A DNA stretch of 64,000 nt from Basidiobolus meristosporus CBS 931.73 (lineage: Eukaryota; Fungi; Basidiobolomycota), in assembly GCA_002104905.1 (NCBI GenBank), contig MCFE01000271.1, positions 1-64,000 on the forward strand, in the 5' to 3' direction. Positions 11,227-23,860 of this stretch are shown here, piece after piece. The notes beneath the pieces are model-generated. The model searched no databases. It was not told the origin of the DNA and was given only the letters and a program-made list of their open reading frames with translations. The translations under genes and the position numbers were made by a program. Numbering within the stretch: the first letter of the stretch is position 1; the number at the start of each line of letters is the position of its first letter.

Positions 11227-12723
11227 CTACAATGTTTCCAGCAAGGGGTTGGGAGACTCCATTGGGACTGCTCCATTCTTCTTATTTGTCGACAACTTGG
11301 GACGACCACGTCGCTTGTGTTCTACATCGATGCAAAAGCTCTTCCCCAAGTGGACGCACCTTTTGCACGGACGGGACTCGTCACAAGCCAAATGGGCCTT
11401 TTTGCAATGCACGCATGCACGGCCCACATTTTTCTTCTTCTGCACCTTAGCAACTCGTTTCGACGTCAAATCCTCTAGACGTTCATTTTTGGAGTGGTAC
11501 GCGGAGTGAGTACCGCGACCCAAATAACTCGATTGACCAGAGCCTGGGGGAGGATAGTCGTAGAGCGGATACGACGTATAGGGAGGATACAGATGCCCCA
11601 TGCCGTACCATGCTTTCATGTTGCTGTGTTGAAAAGAGAGGTACGGATGATTAAGGCCAGGGCTATACTCGGGATTCTCTCCGAACTGCTGAAGGAAATA
11701 ATTCATGTTGACTTGCGTAGAGTGATTAGCCATATAAGCCTTCATATTCTGTAACCAAACTAATCAACGGCTATTCAACAGCACACATCAGAACTGAAAT
11801 CACGAACAAACCTCCATGTTGAGTATTGCCTCCGGGTTACCCGGAGGCATGGCGTGCTGGTACGCATCGTAGGTTCCTTTTACATGCTCCCGGCCCAAGA
11901 ACTCGTATTCTGCTGGTTGATTCGGCGAAACATGCGCCTGGGCTTGGCATGAACTACCATGGTTTTCTATCAGCGGGTGGGTAGAGCGGCCATCGTAATA
12001 ACCCAAGTCCGAAGGTAAGGCCGAGAATCTTTCGTCTGGCATCAATGATGCACCATCCTTGGATCGGTATACTCCACCCCCGATTGGGGTGGACAAAGGA
12101 AGAGACCTCTGGGTGGATTTGTGTTTGTCTGCCTTGTAGGAGGAGTAGTCTATAGGGGTCTCACTAGAGGTTGGGTGCTTGACACTCTCCAGATGCTCCA
12201 TCAAATCGTTTTGTTGCGACTGGACTATATCGGCTGCTACCGCGGTGCTAAAGCCGTTTTCAAACATGACCAATTCATTCTCTATGGAGAGTATGTCTCC
12301 AGAAATTTCATGTCTCTGTGAGTAGTGATTTTTTCTGGAGCTGCTCGCATTGGCATCTTTCGAGGGAGCTTCAGCCTTGCTAGCAACCAGCATCGAAAGA
12401 TTCTCGGCCTGTACGTCATCCCAGAGGTCCAGTGTCTCGGAGGATTGTTGATCAAGCAGGTCCTGGATGGCGTCTGTCTCATAACTCTCTTCCAAAGAGA
12501 AATCCCGCTCATTAGCTAGGAACTGAAAGTTGCCGTAGGCATCATAGGTTTCAGCAAGTTTCAGCTCCTCAGGTGAATAGGTGTAGGTGGATTGGTCATC
12601 GGAGTCATCCAGTACGGTCTCTGATTGGCGCTGGCTCTGGCCAGAACCCTCGATCAAGGTAGAAAGAATATATTGCTCGTCAGTAAGACCATTCGTGTTA
12701 GGAATCGAGTTGGTGATGGTCAT
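11227..12723 (-). CDS. Zn(II)2Cys6 transcription factor with C-terminal zinc cluster (2 exons; 5' end uncertain)
   Basis: Exon 12723-11812, then a 63-nt GT-AG intron (11811-11749) that keeps frame, then exon 11748-11227. CVHCKKAHLACDESRPCKRCVHLGKSFC followed by basic KRRGRPK. The CxxCKKAHLxCD signature resembles the Ert1/Rds2/AcuK-M group. Confidence 0.8.
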
Positions 12724-15723
12724 CTGCTGGATGTCAATTCAAGACAAGGCGGGTTCTAGGGGAATTCCAATGATATTTACAAGCGCAGAAGGCAATGTTT
12801 GGCAGGCGAAATGAATTGATAATGCTAGTGCGGGTGGCGTTGCACGGAATTTTGGGAATTCAGGAATTTGGCAAATACTAGAATCAAGATTTCGATAAAT
12901 CAACAGCACCACGGGCGGAGCGGTTATTTAAAAGCAGTTGGTCGAATCGGTTGTATCAACAAAAGCGCAACAAACTGTCGCACAAACAGAATAAATTTCC
13001 TCAGTATGACACTTGGCATAGGCCAATCATCACGTCGCCCCCTATTCTCTCGCTGTGCGTTTTCCGCACTATAATATATATGTTTAAGTCGGTTTGGATC
13101 GCAACTCAAGCCCTCTCTAGCTAACAATTGATCTTACTGTATCGTCTCAATCTACGTATGCATGGGGAAGCAGCTTTCACTGAATTCGCGCCTCAATCCT
13201 ATTTATTTGTATTGGGACGAAGAATTTAGAAACCAGTAGATGCACGACGTCAACTTCTTTAATGTAGCCTTGGCGTAACTTCAAACTATATACTTTATGA
13301 CAGATATCATTCGCCCCAGCAACGTTATTTCATGTAGGTTGGTGTAATCTGAACAGAATGACCGCCAAATCGTTAGAAACCCTGTTGGAGTAGGCAACAT
13401 CCGTTTGTACGGAAAATTGATATGTTGATATCAAGTATATTCAGGAGATAGTTCGCTGGGTGAGATACCATATACCTAAGTACTTGGAGATTCCTGCTAA
13501 GTCAGTATGAATAACTGGCTTACCAATAAGTACTCGGCACCTATTCAGGAGCAAGACACATGTACAATTCAGCAGCATTGTAGATACATCGTCAGGTGGT
13601 CATAACCCTGGTCTTTAGAGACCTCGGGTGTGCCGACGCGTTACCACAGCGCATCCCTTTTAACCGCAGGGATGTTGACGATATACTTTGGGTCTCTCTG
13701 CGGAATGAATGTAATATGTATACCGTTTTGGCTGTTTAGCATGGGGGGGCTGGTTCACTCGATGAGATATCGACTGCTACATTTGTGCAATCTATATTGG
13801 ACCTGTTGTTTTCATATGGTGGTTTCTCTAATATATCATATACAGAGTGCATAAACGAATGCCCGATTTCATCAACCTGACGTGCAACGGAGTATTCCAA
13901 TAGGTATGTATTCAGATTCCAAGAAAAATGGACACCAAGCAAATCTGGTTTTTCCTGTGGTCATGGTCCTCAATGATCGGTCTACGCATTAGTTTATTAT
14001 TTAGAAACCTGTAGCAATTTGTCGAAGATGCACTCCGATTGATCTCAAATTGAGATGTCATGACACTGAGACTTCACGAGCAGCATCCTATTTGAACTAT
14101 GGGATCAACGGTGCTCCGTTAGTTTCAACGTTCAATAGTTTTGGATTTGTTTGCTGGGCTACATTAGGTATATCCATTTGCCCAGAGGGTATACCAAGTC
14201 AGGATGGACATAGGTACCTAGGTTAACACCCTCGGAGACAAAACATCGTTCGCCTCGCTCAAACAATGTGGGGCATTTCTCAGTTTTTGAAGAGCCTACA
14301 TCCCCCCTGGGCCGAAAGAGGACCAGGAATGCGGATGGAATCTTAGGCGTCAATATGTTACCATTGACCTTATATTGGCTATTATTCCCTGCTTTTTTGA
14401 TTTCCCGTCTTCGATATGACAGGCATGGCGAACGTGCCGGCAGAATGATTAACTCATGGTCTAGCGTCACCGTGATTATGGGGGATGGCAGCGTTGGCGT
14501 AGTGCCTTCCCAAATGAAGCAATATTAATGTGGGATGGTCATACTAATACTTTTGCATAGTGATCAGATGCCATTCGCATGGAACACTTGGTCTAGATAT
14601 GCCCATAACCGCCGGCCCCCTCCTTTGCAGGAAGAATAAATGCACACCTGAATATCTGTGGAATTGCACAGATTGTATCATTATGTTTGAATTGATGCAC
14701 ATCCCCGATGCCGAGCTGTATGCTAACCTGCAAGCCTGGCCATTGGTGCGGCAGCTACGCACAGTCTCATTATCGGCGTTTACGCAAGAGAGCATCTGTG
14801 CGTGACGATATTTCTCCTAGTGGCTAGTACATTCTCACCGATGCTTGGGTATTGTTGTTAGATGCAAGCTCAAGATCACACCAAATTAGGGTGAATTCGC
14901 AAAGCTCGACCAGCGACATTGGCTAAACAGCCTAGCTGATAGTATTCAAGCCGACATGGTGGGCATAGGGCCAGCAGAAGAAACTCATATGTGCTTAGCA
15001 ACCCTGATGCATTATCCCATGACATGGCATATGGCCACCCCTTCTTACGGGCCAGTGGAGTCGAAGGCGTCTAGCAATCAGGATTGAATTTGAGTGTACA
15101 AAGCAAGCTGATATTTGTACATCATCCATAGCTCGGCTTGCACTGGCAGGATTTAGTCTTGAAAAACATATTCCGCCACGGGGAATCCTCCTGGATTCGA
15201 TAGATTCTCGGCCTTAATGGGAGCCTAAAAACATCGGGATCTGAGGGGGTAATCCTGGATGACCACCTGTTTGACAAACACCCATGTCTCAATAAACACC
15301 AAGTATATCGTAAGTCACTGCAGGCATGTTTCATTCTTAATGTAGCCTCCAAACTAGTTGTCGTCAGCCAGCAGAGACTAAACGAGATTTACATGACACG
15401 AATTTATTCAAATCTTCTATTAACGATACCAGAAACGAATAGCTACACAGCCGCTACTGATAAGCTTCAGTTCCATGGACCTGAAGAAACGCCAGTGCCA
15501 ACATGTAGCATGGGCAAAATTTGGTTAGGCCAGATCCAGAGCATGTTCATGTCGAGGCCGAGTGACCAGGTAAGGCTGGTGGAATCCCAAGTTGGAACCT
15601 TGCTACCGTTGTATTGTTTGAACTTTTGGCCAAGAAAGCTCGGGTAAGTAATCAGTGGTGTTTGAAGGGAATTGGATAGCCACCAGTCGCACACTGTTGA
15701 TTTGCGGCAGAGTGCATAGAGAC

Positions 15724-16768
15724 TCATAACAGATCGCTTTGATTACTCTCCATCAGTTTAGGTGGTTTCTGATCTGAGTCATTAGCACACGTGCGCTCGT
15801 CCTCGTCGCTGGTCGTGTGTTTTTTCTATCGAAGTCGAAAGGTTTCTAATTAATATATGAGCTAAAGTGTGGATTGGCTTGGTGCTAGAAAAGCACGCTC
15901 CAACGCAATCGAAAATATACTACATATATGGCAGAGCAACGTGTACCTTTTTTGCTCCGTTTTGAGCCATCTCATCATCTCTATCGGATTCACTTTCTGA
16001 CTCTTGTCCAGGATGCTCCAAGGAACCCCCTCGCAAGTCGATAGAACTTCTCGCGCCCAAGCTGCTCTTTTCACCAACTAAAGAAGAAAGTCTGCTTGCA
16101 ACACGAAGAGACGGGTCGATGTTAGAACAAGGCAACTTTTTTGCATCATTGGTGTTACGGCTGAGTTTTCTTAAGCGCTTTCGAAGAAGTTCATTTTCGA
16201 TTTTCATATCTAGAAATGTGTCAAGCATTGAATTTGCTTTGGAGGGATATTGGCGTGCGTTACAAAAATAATAAGCAGCGTTATCATTGGCAAGATATGT
16301 TCGACACTGAACCTCTAGCATGACAAATCTGTTGTTTTTCTTGCGGAAACGATACAACACGGTAAAGGATTTCTTTGCAACACCATGGTTCAAATCACGA
16401 AGGAACGAGTCATTATCGTCCACATGTATGAAATCACTCAAACTCCGTCCTATTAATTCCTCTGGCGGATATCCCGTAAGTTCTTGACAGGATTTAGAGC
16501 AGAATATCAATCGACCAGATATCGTGGTAACGTAGTATACATCGGTTAACTCCAACATGATTCTCTGGGACCATTTCTGTACTTGCGCCGATTCACTCGG
16601 GATTGCAACTAAAGACTTTGTGTTTGGAGTTTCCTCCACATCCTCCAACGGCATAGGTGTTTTACTTTGCACCTCAAGCAGAACCGGCTTGGAATCTGCG
16701 TTTAGTGAATCTTTCTCCGGATTAGAATCGGCATCATCTTGGTGGACGAAAGGTCCCAAGGAGTTCAT
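15724..16768 (-). CDS. White collar-2-like PAS-domain protein; no GATA zinc finger found
   Basis: PAS fold (FCSKSCQELTGYPPEELIGRSLSDFIHVDD...YRFRKKN) followed by NARQYPSKANSMLDTFLDMKIENELLRKRL, typical of WC-2 proteins. Donor GTACAC at 15946. Putative phase-0 acceptor at 15826 gives the short last exon KKHTTSDEDERTCAND...DLL*. The 3' exon model is uncertain. Confidence 0.7.
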
Positions 16769-17903
16769 GTAGTATAAGAAAGATTTCTATTCCGGGTAAG
16801 GCGTAGTTCGCGCTGAACGCTGCAGGGGATATTTTCTATGTTAGCAAGGACGAAGGAATTCAGATGGTACTGCTTAAAGCTTGGTTGTCTGTGTTGGAAA
16901 CTTCCCTTCCGTAGCGTGTTCCCTCTCCTTTTAAAGTACTCTAATGATAGCAGACTGGACGTATATCAGCTGAATAGGCAATAAATTACTCTACAATCTG
17001 GCTAATTCTGCCGGAACAGGGGAATTTCACATATCTGGACCAAAGTGATTGCGCTAAATTCACCCTACTTCTCGATATCTCGGATATCAATGATTTGGTG
17101 ACACCAGGTTCTTAATTTACAGCAAGAATGAGGAAGTCGCATCGGCGATTGCAAAGTATTAGTACGATGGACGATGAGATGCGGTGTATGGAATCGTAAC
17201 ATTCCGTTGAAAGGCACACAGGTGTCTGAATTCCAGGATCGTATTCCACCCAATCGATCAGTAGTCACATTAACACATATGATGTAGCTCGATACCCCTC
17301 ATACGCCAGGCTCAGATATTCGTCACTGGCAGTCCCTTCTGAGCCACTACTCGTAATCCTAACATAAGTGAGTTTCCATCATCTTTGTTCAATCAGTTGG
17401 CACATTTATCAGTAGGTCTGATTCAATACTCTGTTCAGTAAGTCAGGTGAATCTTTATGATCGCAGTTTTCGTAGACTGTCATTTATCTGGCATTATTGC
17501 TTTCTTGGAAGCGATTAGCGATCGGTATACCATTGGCGAGTCCTACAGAAGTACACGACCAGACATCATAGTGTCTATACGAATAGTACGCTTAGATTTA
17601 TTGTGAAAACCGATAACGAGCCTCATACAAATCAATTTTCCTAGTGATAGATATCAAAATGTGTATAATGTTTTAAAGATTGAGTTCTAACAGTGATATC
17701 GCAGGTATCCTACCTTTAAAATTCCCAGCTTTGTAGAGGGCGATAGTGTCAAATAAGGATAAAAAAGAATAGAATGCAGAAGATTCGCTGTAGTAGTATT
17801 ACAGTGGGGAAAAGTGGTCATGCACAGTGTGGTACATATCTATATAGCTATTTGATCGCTGAGGAATCAACGACCTTTGGAATATTACACTGCCTGAACA
17901 CGC

Positions 17904-19390
17904 CTATAAAATACCGCTTAAAATCCCCGAATTTTGGCCCGACTTCAATGATTTTCCACCCAGTATTGACACCACCTTATGGGCCAGGTGACTGACTGGT
18001 GTGCTGTCAATTAATGTGTTTCCATCCAAGAGCTGCGAAATATCAAGGACAGGGATGTTCTTCATGCCTTGGAACAACTGCAAGCTAGCTAGAGTGCCTT
18101 CAATCAAGCCTTTGACGGTTTCATTTTTCCTTGATAGCGACACTGGTGAAACGTAGTTGTCGTCGGCATTGATATCCTGGATAAATTCGCTGTACCGCTT
18201 TTCTAGTGCACGGATCTCTTCAATCTTGAAACCATTCATCTTCGCCCAACTCTCGGGAACAGGTGAAGGCGTCCTTAGCTTAGTCTCATCGGTTCTATCA
18301 TCGGCATTGACAAAATTGCTTCTCTTTATGTGATCTCTTGTTCCTAATGATCTAGAAATATGCCGTTTTCCTTGAGGGGGAATGCCCCTCAACGACAGTA
18401 TATCGGGTTTGCTGTATGTGTAACAAAGGCCCGGGCCCTGTATGTCAAGTACGTCTTTCACAGTTACTCCAAAGGGTTCTATCATATCGTTTGGGTCAAC
18501 GGTCCTGTTTTCGTTGTTGATCCCTTCATAGATCATTCCAATATCGGGTCTTAGCTTCTGGAAGTAAGCCCAAATCTTATCAACGTAGGCATGATGGACC
18601 CAGAAGATGGGACTAGAAATAAAATGAGACTATGTTCGAGTATGAGAGAACACATAATTAACTTACTCGTTAGGACTCCACATGGTACTAACATCCCCCC
18701 CGTCACCACCAATGTTGGCATGTACCAGGGCGTGTGGTGCAGCTTCTATGGCAACTCGGAATTCCTGGAAACTTCTCGATTGAGCACAAATCTTGGCAAG
18801 GAGCTCAGGAGGATAAAGCGCACCGATTTGCTTCCCTTTATTCCAACGCCGTTTCAGGCAATGTGCTTGCGGAACTGCCATATTCCAATTTCTAAAAGGC
18901 CCATCCACAATACACTCGGTATCACCGCTCGCACCAAAGTAATCCGGCCGAAATAGAATGCTCTGCTCCGGAGCTTGGGAATCGATCGTCCAATCCTGTA
19001 AAAATTCAAAAATCTTCTGTTGAGTGGCAGTCTAAAACAAGTAATACTGGACTAATAGCTTACCCAGTAAGGGACTATCACATTTGGATTGGTCTTCTGT
19101 AAGGCCACCTCGAATTCTTTCATGAACCTCCTATGCCATGGAAAGAAAAGCGGGTTGCTATGTGCACTTGGTACATATTGAAGATGGACAGCAACTAATT
19201 TATCGTAAGTAGTGGGAGGAGGCCCGGAGTGAATGGCCTTAATTGCCGCCACAAAGTCATCCCATTCTCTCCGGGATATCTCGCGAATCTCTTTCCTCGT
19301 ATATATCGTTTTGCATGCTTGTGCGTTCACTTGGAGATTGGAGAAGGCGCAAAGAAGTGTAAGCCCAACAGGAATAAATTTAGCCAACAT
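17904..19390 (-). CDS. Secreted tyrosinase / di-copper centre protein (3 exons)
   Basis: Signal-peptide-like MLAKFIPVGLTLLCAFS. CuA His (AVH, SAH, FFPWHR), PYW|DW split by a GTAAGC...TACAG intron. CuB PHALVH and ND|PIFWVHHAYVD split by a GTAAGT...TCTAG intron. Confidence 0.92.
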
Positions 19391-22300
19391 CTCGATTCGA
19401 TTGACAGGTATTGTAAATAAGCAAAAATTCACAGTGGCTAGAAAAATACTTGACAATTGAGGTTACGAAAGCCTGAACATCAGGGTATTGTCACTTTTAT
19501 ATGATTGTAGCCCAAATATTTCCGCCCGTGTCTCCGAGCCCTTACCCTTCTAGGAATGTAACTCTGAGGGCCACTAAGCGATATACATCCGATATTTAAT
19601 GCTCATCCCTGATGTAAATGCATAAACTAGAAACATTATGGAATATTGCATTGGGATAGATTCCCAGTATCCACCCTCACGTGATCCAATCCATATTGCT
19701 GCATGCAATACGCACAAGATGAATGGAAATGCAACTAAGGACGCAATTTTTAGACCGATAAAGTGATATGAGAATTATTCTTCCTCAACACGTCTAAAAA
19801 ATCGACTATTTCAGGCGACGAAATGATGATTGATGTATCTATTCTGTGGAGGACATTTCAATGCATCGGGCTACTAACGAATGATATGGAGTGGATACTT
19901 CAAGTTGAAATCACTACAGCTATGATGAAGTAGTACTTTAGGCGTAGTAAGATTCTGACAGGATAGTAGGGACTCGCGCTCAATGTCAGTCGATTGTTTA
20001 GGCATCCATATGCAGGCAGTGCTTGCAAACGCAAGTTCAAGATAAGCGTGTGATAGATATTATGGCGACTTGTGGGATGTATATAGACGCATATGTATTC
20101 GGAGAATTAGGATTTAATGCGATTTCTACTGCGTGTAAGGCGGTACACGCTATGGCTCTGACTTCCTGTCTACCGTGGAACAGCACTAAGCGGTTGATAG
20201 GATTAATGAACAAAACGAATAACCATATTTACACATCAAAGCATTGGATTCTACGTTTTGTTTCGCGGTTTGTCATGTAAGCCCTTTTGCTGAATACTCA
20301 TTACTGCACAACAATAATTACAGCACCGACCAGGTGAATCTTTCTTGAACTACTGGCCTCAACAGCCAAACAATATCTAACTCTGGCATGCTGCGCTACG
20401 TCCTAGTTGAGCGAACAATGTAATTTTGATATCAAGGGCCTTGGAAACGTAGCAGAACCAAATACAACAGTGGTCTCATGCCAATCCATTACAAATCACT
20501 CAGACTGTCATGTGCTAGTTAAGGGTTGTTAATCTTTTAGTTCAAGCTGGTGTAGATCTGACTTCACTATAATTGAACGATGATTCCAATACCCTAAGAG
20601 AGTAAACTGGTATAGGAAGGCACGTAAAACTAATCGAGCGTAATGAATACCCATTGTCACTCTGAAACATATGGTGCGTATGATTAAATGAGCAAAAGCA
20701 TTCAATACATATTTGGCTTCATTGTATATTAGCTTGTACCCATCCGCTGAGTACAGTCCAGAGATTATTCAAGAAATGGGATGAGGTCGAACAAACCACT
20801 ATAATATTTACGAAGAATCAAGTATAAAGTAAGTTGTGGCGAAGCACATATATTGACAATAGGGAATGAGTATGGAAAAATAGCAGCATTATAGGCGTTG
20901 CATAGAATGCATAGCTATTCGCAATGCCATGGCTTTATGAATAGATTCAGCAAGGTATAATGCAGACTTTGCATACATACTTGACTGACATCTGGCTCCC
21001 CTCATCGATTGTTTGATCGTGTTGGTTAGCAGCCCTGTTGAGGTTTAGCCAAGATAGGGCCCCCTTTCCTTACTCTTTTGGCATTGCAATGCCAATTCCT
21101 CATAAGCCGGCATCTTCTAATTCTTACGAAACGGGTACGCTCTGAACAGTCAAACTGAAAGACATATGATATATTCCATTCGGCTTAGAATCACGATGAG
21201 ATACGATCGAATCTTTAGACGCTAGTATTGATAAATTTAACTTGAAATGGGTGAATGGTGCTTCGTTGCTGGCACCAATAGATCAATAAGCGATGGATTT
21301 AAGCTTTCGGTTTCATCTTATCCTATGCCAAATTTGGTGAGTATGATCTAAGAATCCAGAGCTCTGCCTTCAAAAGTGCAGAAGGGTGATGAAGTAATTG
21401 TCACTCGGTCTTCAATGCGTCAGGAAGAATTCGTGGAATTTAATATTCTAATTCGTAATGGCCCATTATGCTCTGCTACATGGTAAAATATGATCACCAG
21501 ATGACGCTATGTGCTAAGAAACCCGCTTCAGTAGGAGGCTATATCCGCAGCGAACAATACCCGGGATTCTGATTCAATGTTAGAACAGCTACAAACCATC
21601 GTTTGCATATGCTATCTTTCTTTGGCTAGCGAGTTAGGATACAGCCCAAGCCCACCTGGATCTAGCAAACAAATCTTCTGGCTAAACCTTTTGCCATTTT
21701 ACACTTATGTTCGCCTATTGACTATGCTGTTGATGCAACGGTGCGAGAATATAGCCAAGATTCCCGGGTATTGAGTTCAGCCAAGACGACCCCAAACACT
21801 AAAACAATCAGACCGGCTTCCATCCTGATTAAGGGTGGTAGAATTGTGAAGGGCAAATATGGAGGTTTCTATTATGTAAGGTAGACTAGCACTGCAGATT
21901 CAACCGGTAAAAACCTGTACCTTAGTATCCAATGCCAAGTATATTTCGGTTGTAGACTCCATGCTCCTTAAACACTTGATGATGACTCTCAAGCCAGTCA
22001 GGAGCCCATATTTGTCGTATACGAATCCTATATCAGGGAGTCACAATTGGTGTGGTTCTGTTCCGATAAGTAGTTGTGCTGGATAGGAGCCTATTTTCCT
22101 AACCCGAAGAGCCTATCCTATGGCATGTTTTCTAAACATCCGACAATGATGAATATATCCGTTGCTCGCCTCGAGATTTGCTCACGAACTCCGTACCTGG
22201 ACCAACGAGAATTGTAGATGGTTCATAATGAAAGGGCTATGGCTATTGTAGCTCCTACTCGATATCAAATATATAATCCAAGCGCTGAGTGTATTATAGC

Positions 22301-22798
22301 CAAAATGTGGGTAAGTCTAATTGGCTGGACTGGCATTAGTTGGCATTAAGAATGGCACTACTCATCTAATTACATATCAATATTTTCCAGGAATTGTACT
22401 GCGATCTATATACAGTAATCCACTAGCCAGTAAAATAGCTTGGCAGATTGAGTCAATACCTTAACGATCAGCTATAGCTAACTAACCTATTATACTGGGA
22501 CAGTAAGTGCAGCAGTAATTTCTATGTCGTCATGATCTTTCCCGTCACTAAGCTGTTTCGGATGATTACAATGAGAGCACCATAGATTGCCAGTCTAAAA
22601 AAGGAACTTCCAAAACTGGGATGTATGAACCAGTACACAATCATTTACATAAATATTGCACTCGTACACATCCTGGTGTTCCATAACTCCCAAACTTCCA
22701 TCAGTCTTGGCGCGGAAGGCCTCTTTGCTTTCTCACCATACAGTATATATAGCCTTCCACCTCTGTCTTTTCCACTACGCGCACTATCTACTCAGGGA

Positions 22799-23860
22799 AT
22801 GCATATCCCTCGTCCTTATAAAGACTTGATGCCCATTCAGGTGCCTGCACTCCATATGCCGCTGACAACTTCAGGGAAATTAAACTTCCTCAAATACACA
22901 GTTGAAGGAGTAATACTCGGTGCTTCGACAATACCATTCTTTACCTGGGGTACATTACATTGGGCTCTAAAACTTCTCATTGGATTATTGGTGGTCGGAA
23001 TTTTATTGTTTACTCCTAAAGCGCGACGTGTAGTCTATCCAGCCCTCCCCGTTCTGGCATGGTTGGTTCTTTTCACGAGTTGCGGTGAAATCCCAACTGC
23101 ACTCCGACCGGAAATAAACGTCACAATCCTCCCCCGTCTGGAGGCGGCAATCTTTGGAAGAAATCTTTCGGACGAGCTAGCTAGCAACACCTCTCCAGCC
23201 AAAGATATACTAGCGTGGATTCCCTACGGGATTCTACATTTTATCAACGGGATAATAGCCATCCCAATAATATATTATTCTGGATCCAAGGGAACGCTTC
23301 ATCGATTTGTCCGTGCATATGGTTATATGAACCTTGCTGGAGTCATCACACAGATCGCCTTCCCTACCTCCTCACCCTGGTATCTTTATTTCTTTGGGAC
23401 ACAGCCTGCAAATTATGCGATGCCTGGAAACCCGGGTGGGTTGATCCGTGTGGACAGCATTTTACATATCAATTTATATAGCAGCACGTTCAGCAATTCA
23501 CCTTTGGTGTTTGGTGCCTGGCCTAGCTTGCATAGCGGTAGCGCGATTCTTATCAACCTTTTCATCGCCCGTATCAACCCTTGGTTGATTCCTCTGAATG
23601 TAGGCTATGTGGTTTGGATCTGGTGGGCGTGTCTGTACCTCCGTCACCACTATCTCGTCGACCTGATCGGAGGCCTGATGTTCGCTGCTGTTGCATTTAT
23701 ATGGGCATATCATGACCAACTTCTCCCTGACAACAACCACGGGAAACAGTATCAATCTCTTCCGAATAGTATACTGGGATTGGAGCACGATTTGAATGAT
23801 AGATATCCTGTTTATTGTACGAAGGAGGAAAAGCCCCTTATGGTGGTGATACGCACCTAA
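22799..23860 (+). CDS. AUR1: Inositol phosphorylceramide synthase-like membrane protein (AUR1/PAP2_3 family), intronless
   Basis: DILAWIPYGILHF, GYMNLAGVITQIAFPTSSPWY, YAMPGNPGGLIRVD, VFGAWPSLHSG and LYLRHHYLVDLIGG. Start placed at the ATG at 22799; the track ORF opens at 22625. Confidence 0.85.
   Translation: MHIPRPYKDLMPIQVPALHMPLTTSGKLNFLKYTVEGVILGASTIPFFTWGTLHWALKLLIGLLVVGILLFTPKARRVVYPALPVLAWLVLFTSCGEIPTALRPEINVTILPRLEAAIFGRNLSDELASNTSPAKDILAWIPYGILHFINGIIAIPIIYYSGSKGTLHRFVRAYGYMNLAGVITQIAFPTSSPWYLYFFGTQPANYAMPGNPGGLIRVDSILHINLYSSTFSNSPLVFGAWPSLHSGSAILINLFIARINPWLIPLNVGYVVWIWWACLYLRHHYLVDLIGGLMFAAVAFIWAYHDQLLPDNNHGKQYQSLPNSILGLEHDLNDRYPVYCTKEEKPLMVVIRT

Noticed and set aside
14159-14470. 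KIPSAFLVLFR resembling the start of an HMG box
   Set aside because: The downstream residues do not continue the HMG pattern.
21078-21095. Perfect 18-bp palindrome TTGGCATTGCAATGCCAA
   Set aside because: About 0.2 such palindromes are expected by chance in 64 kb (64000/4^9), and there is no supporting context.
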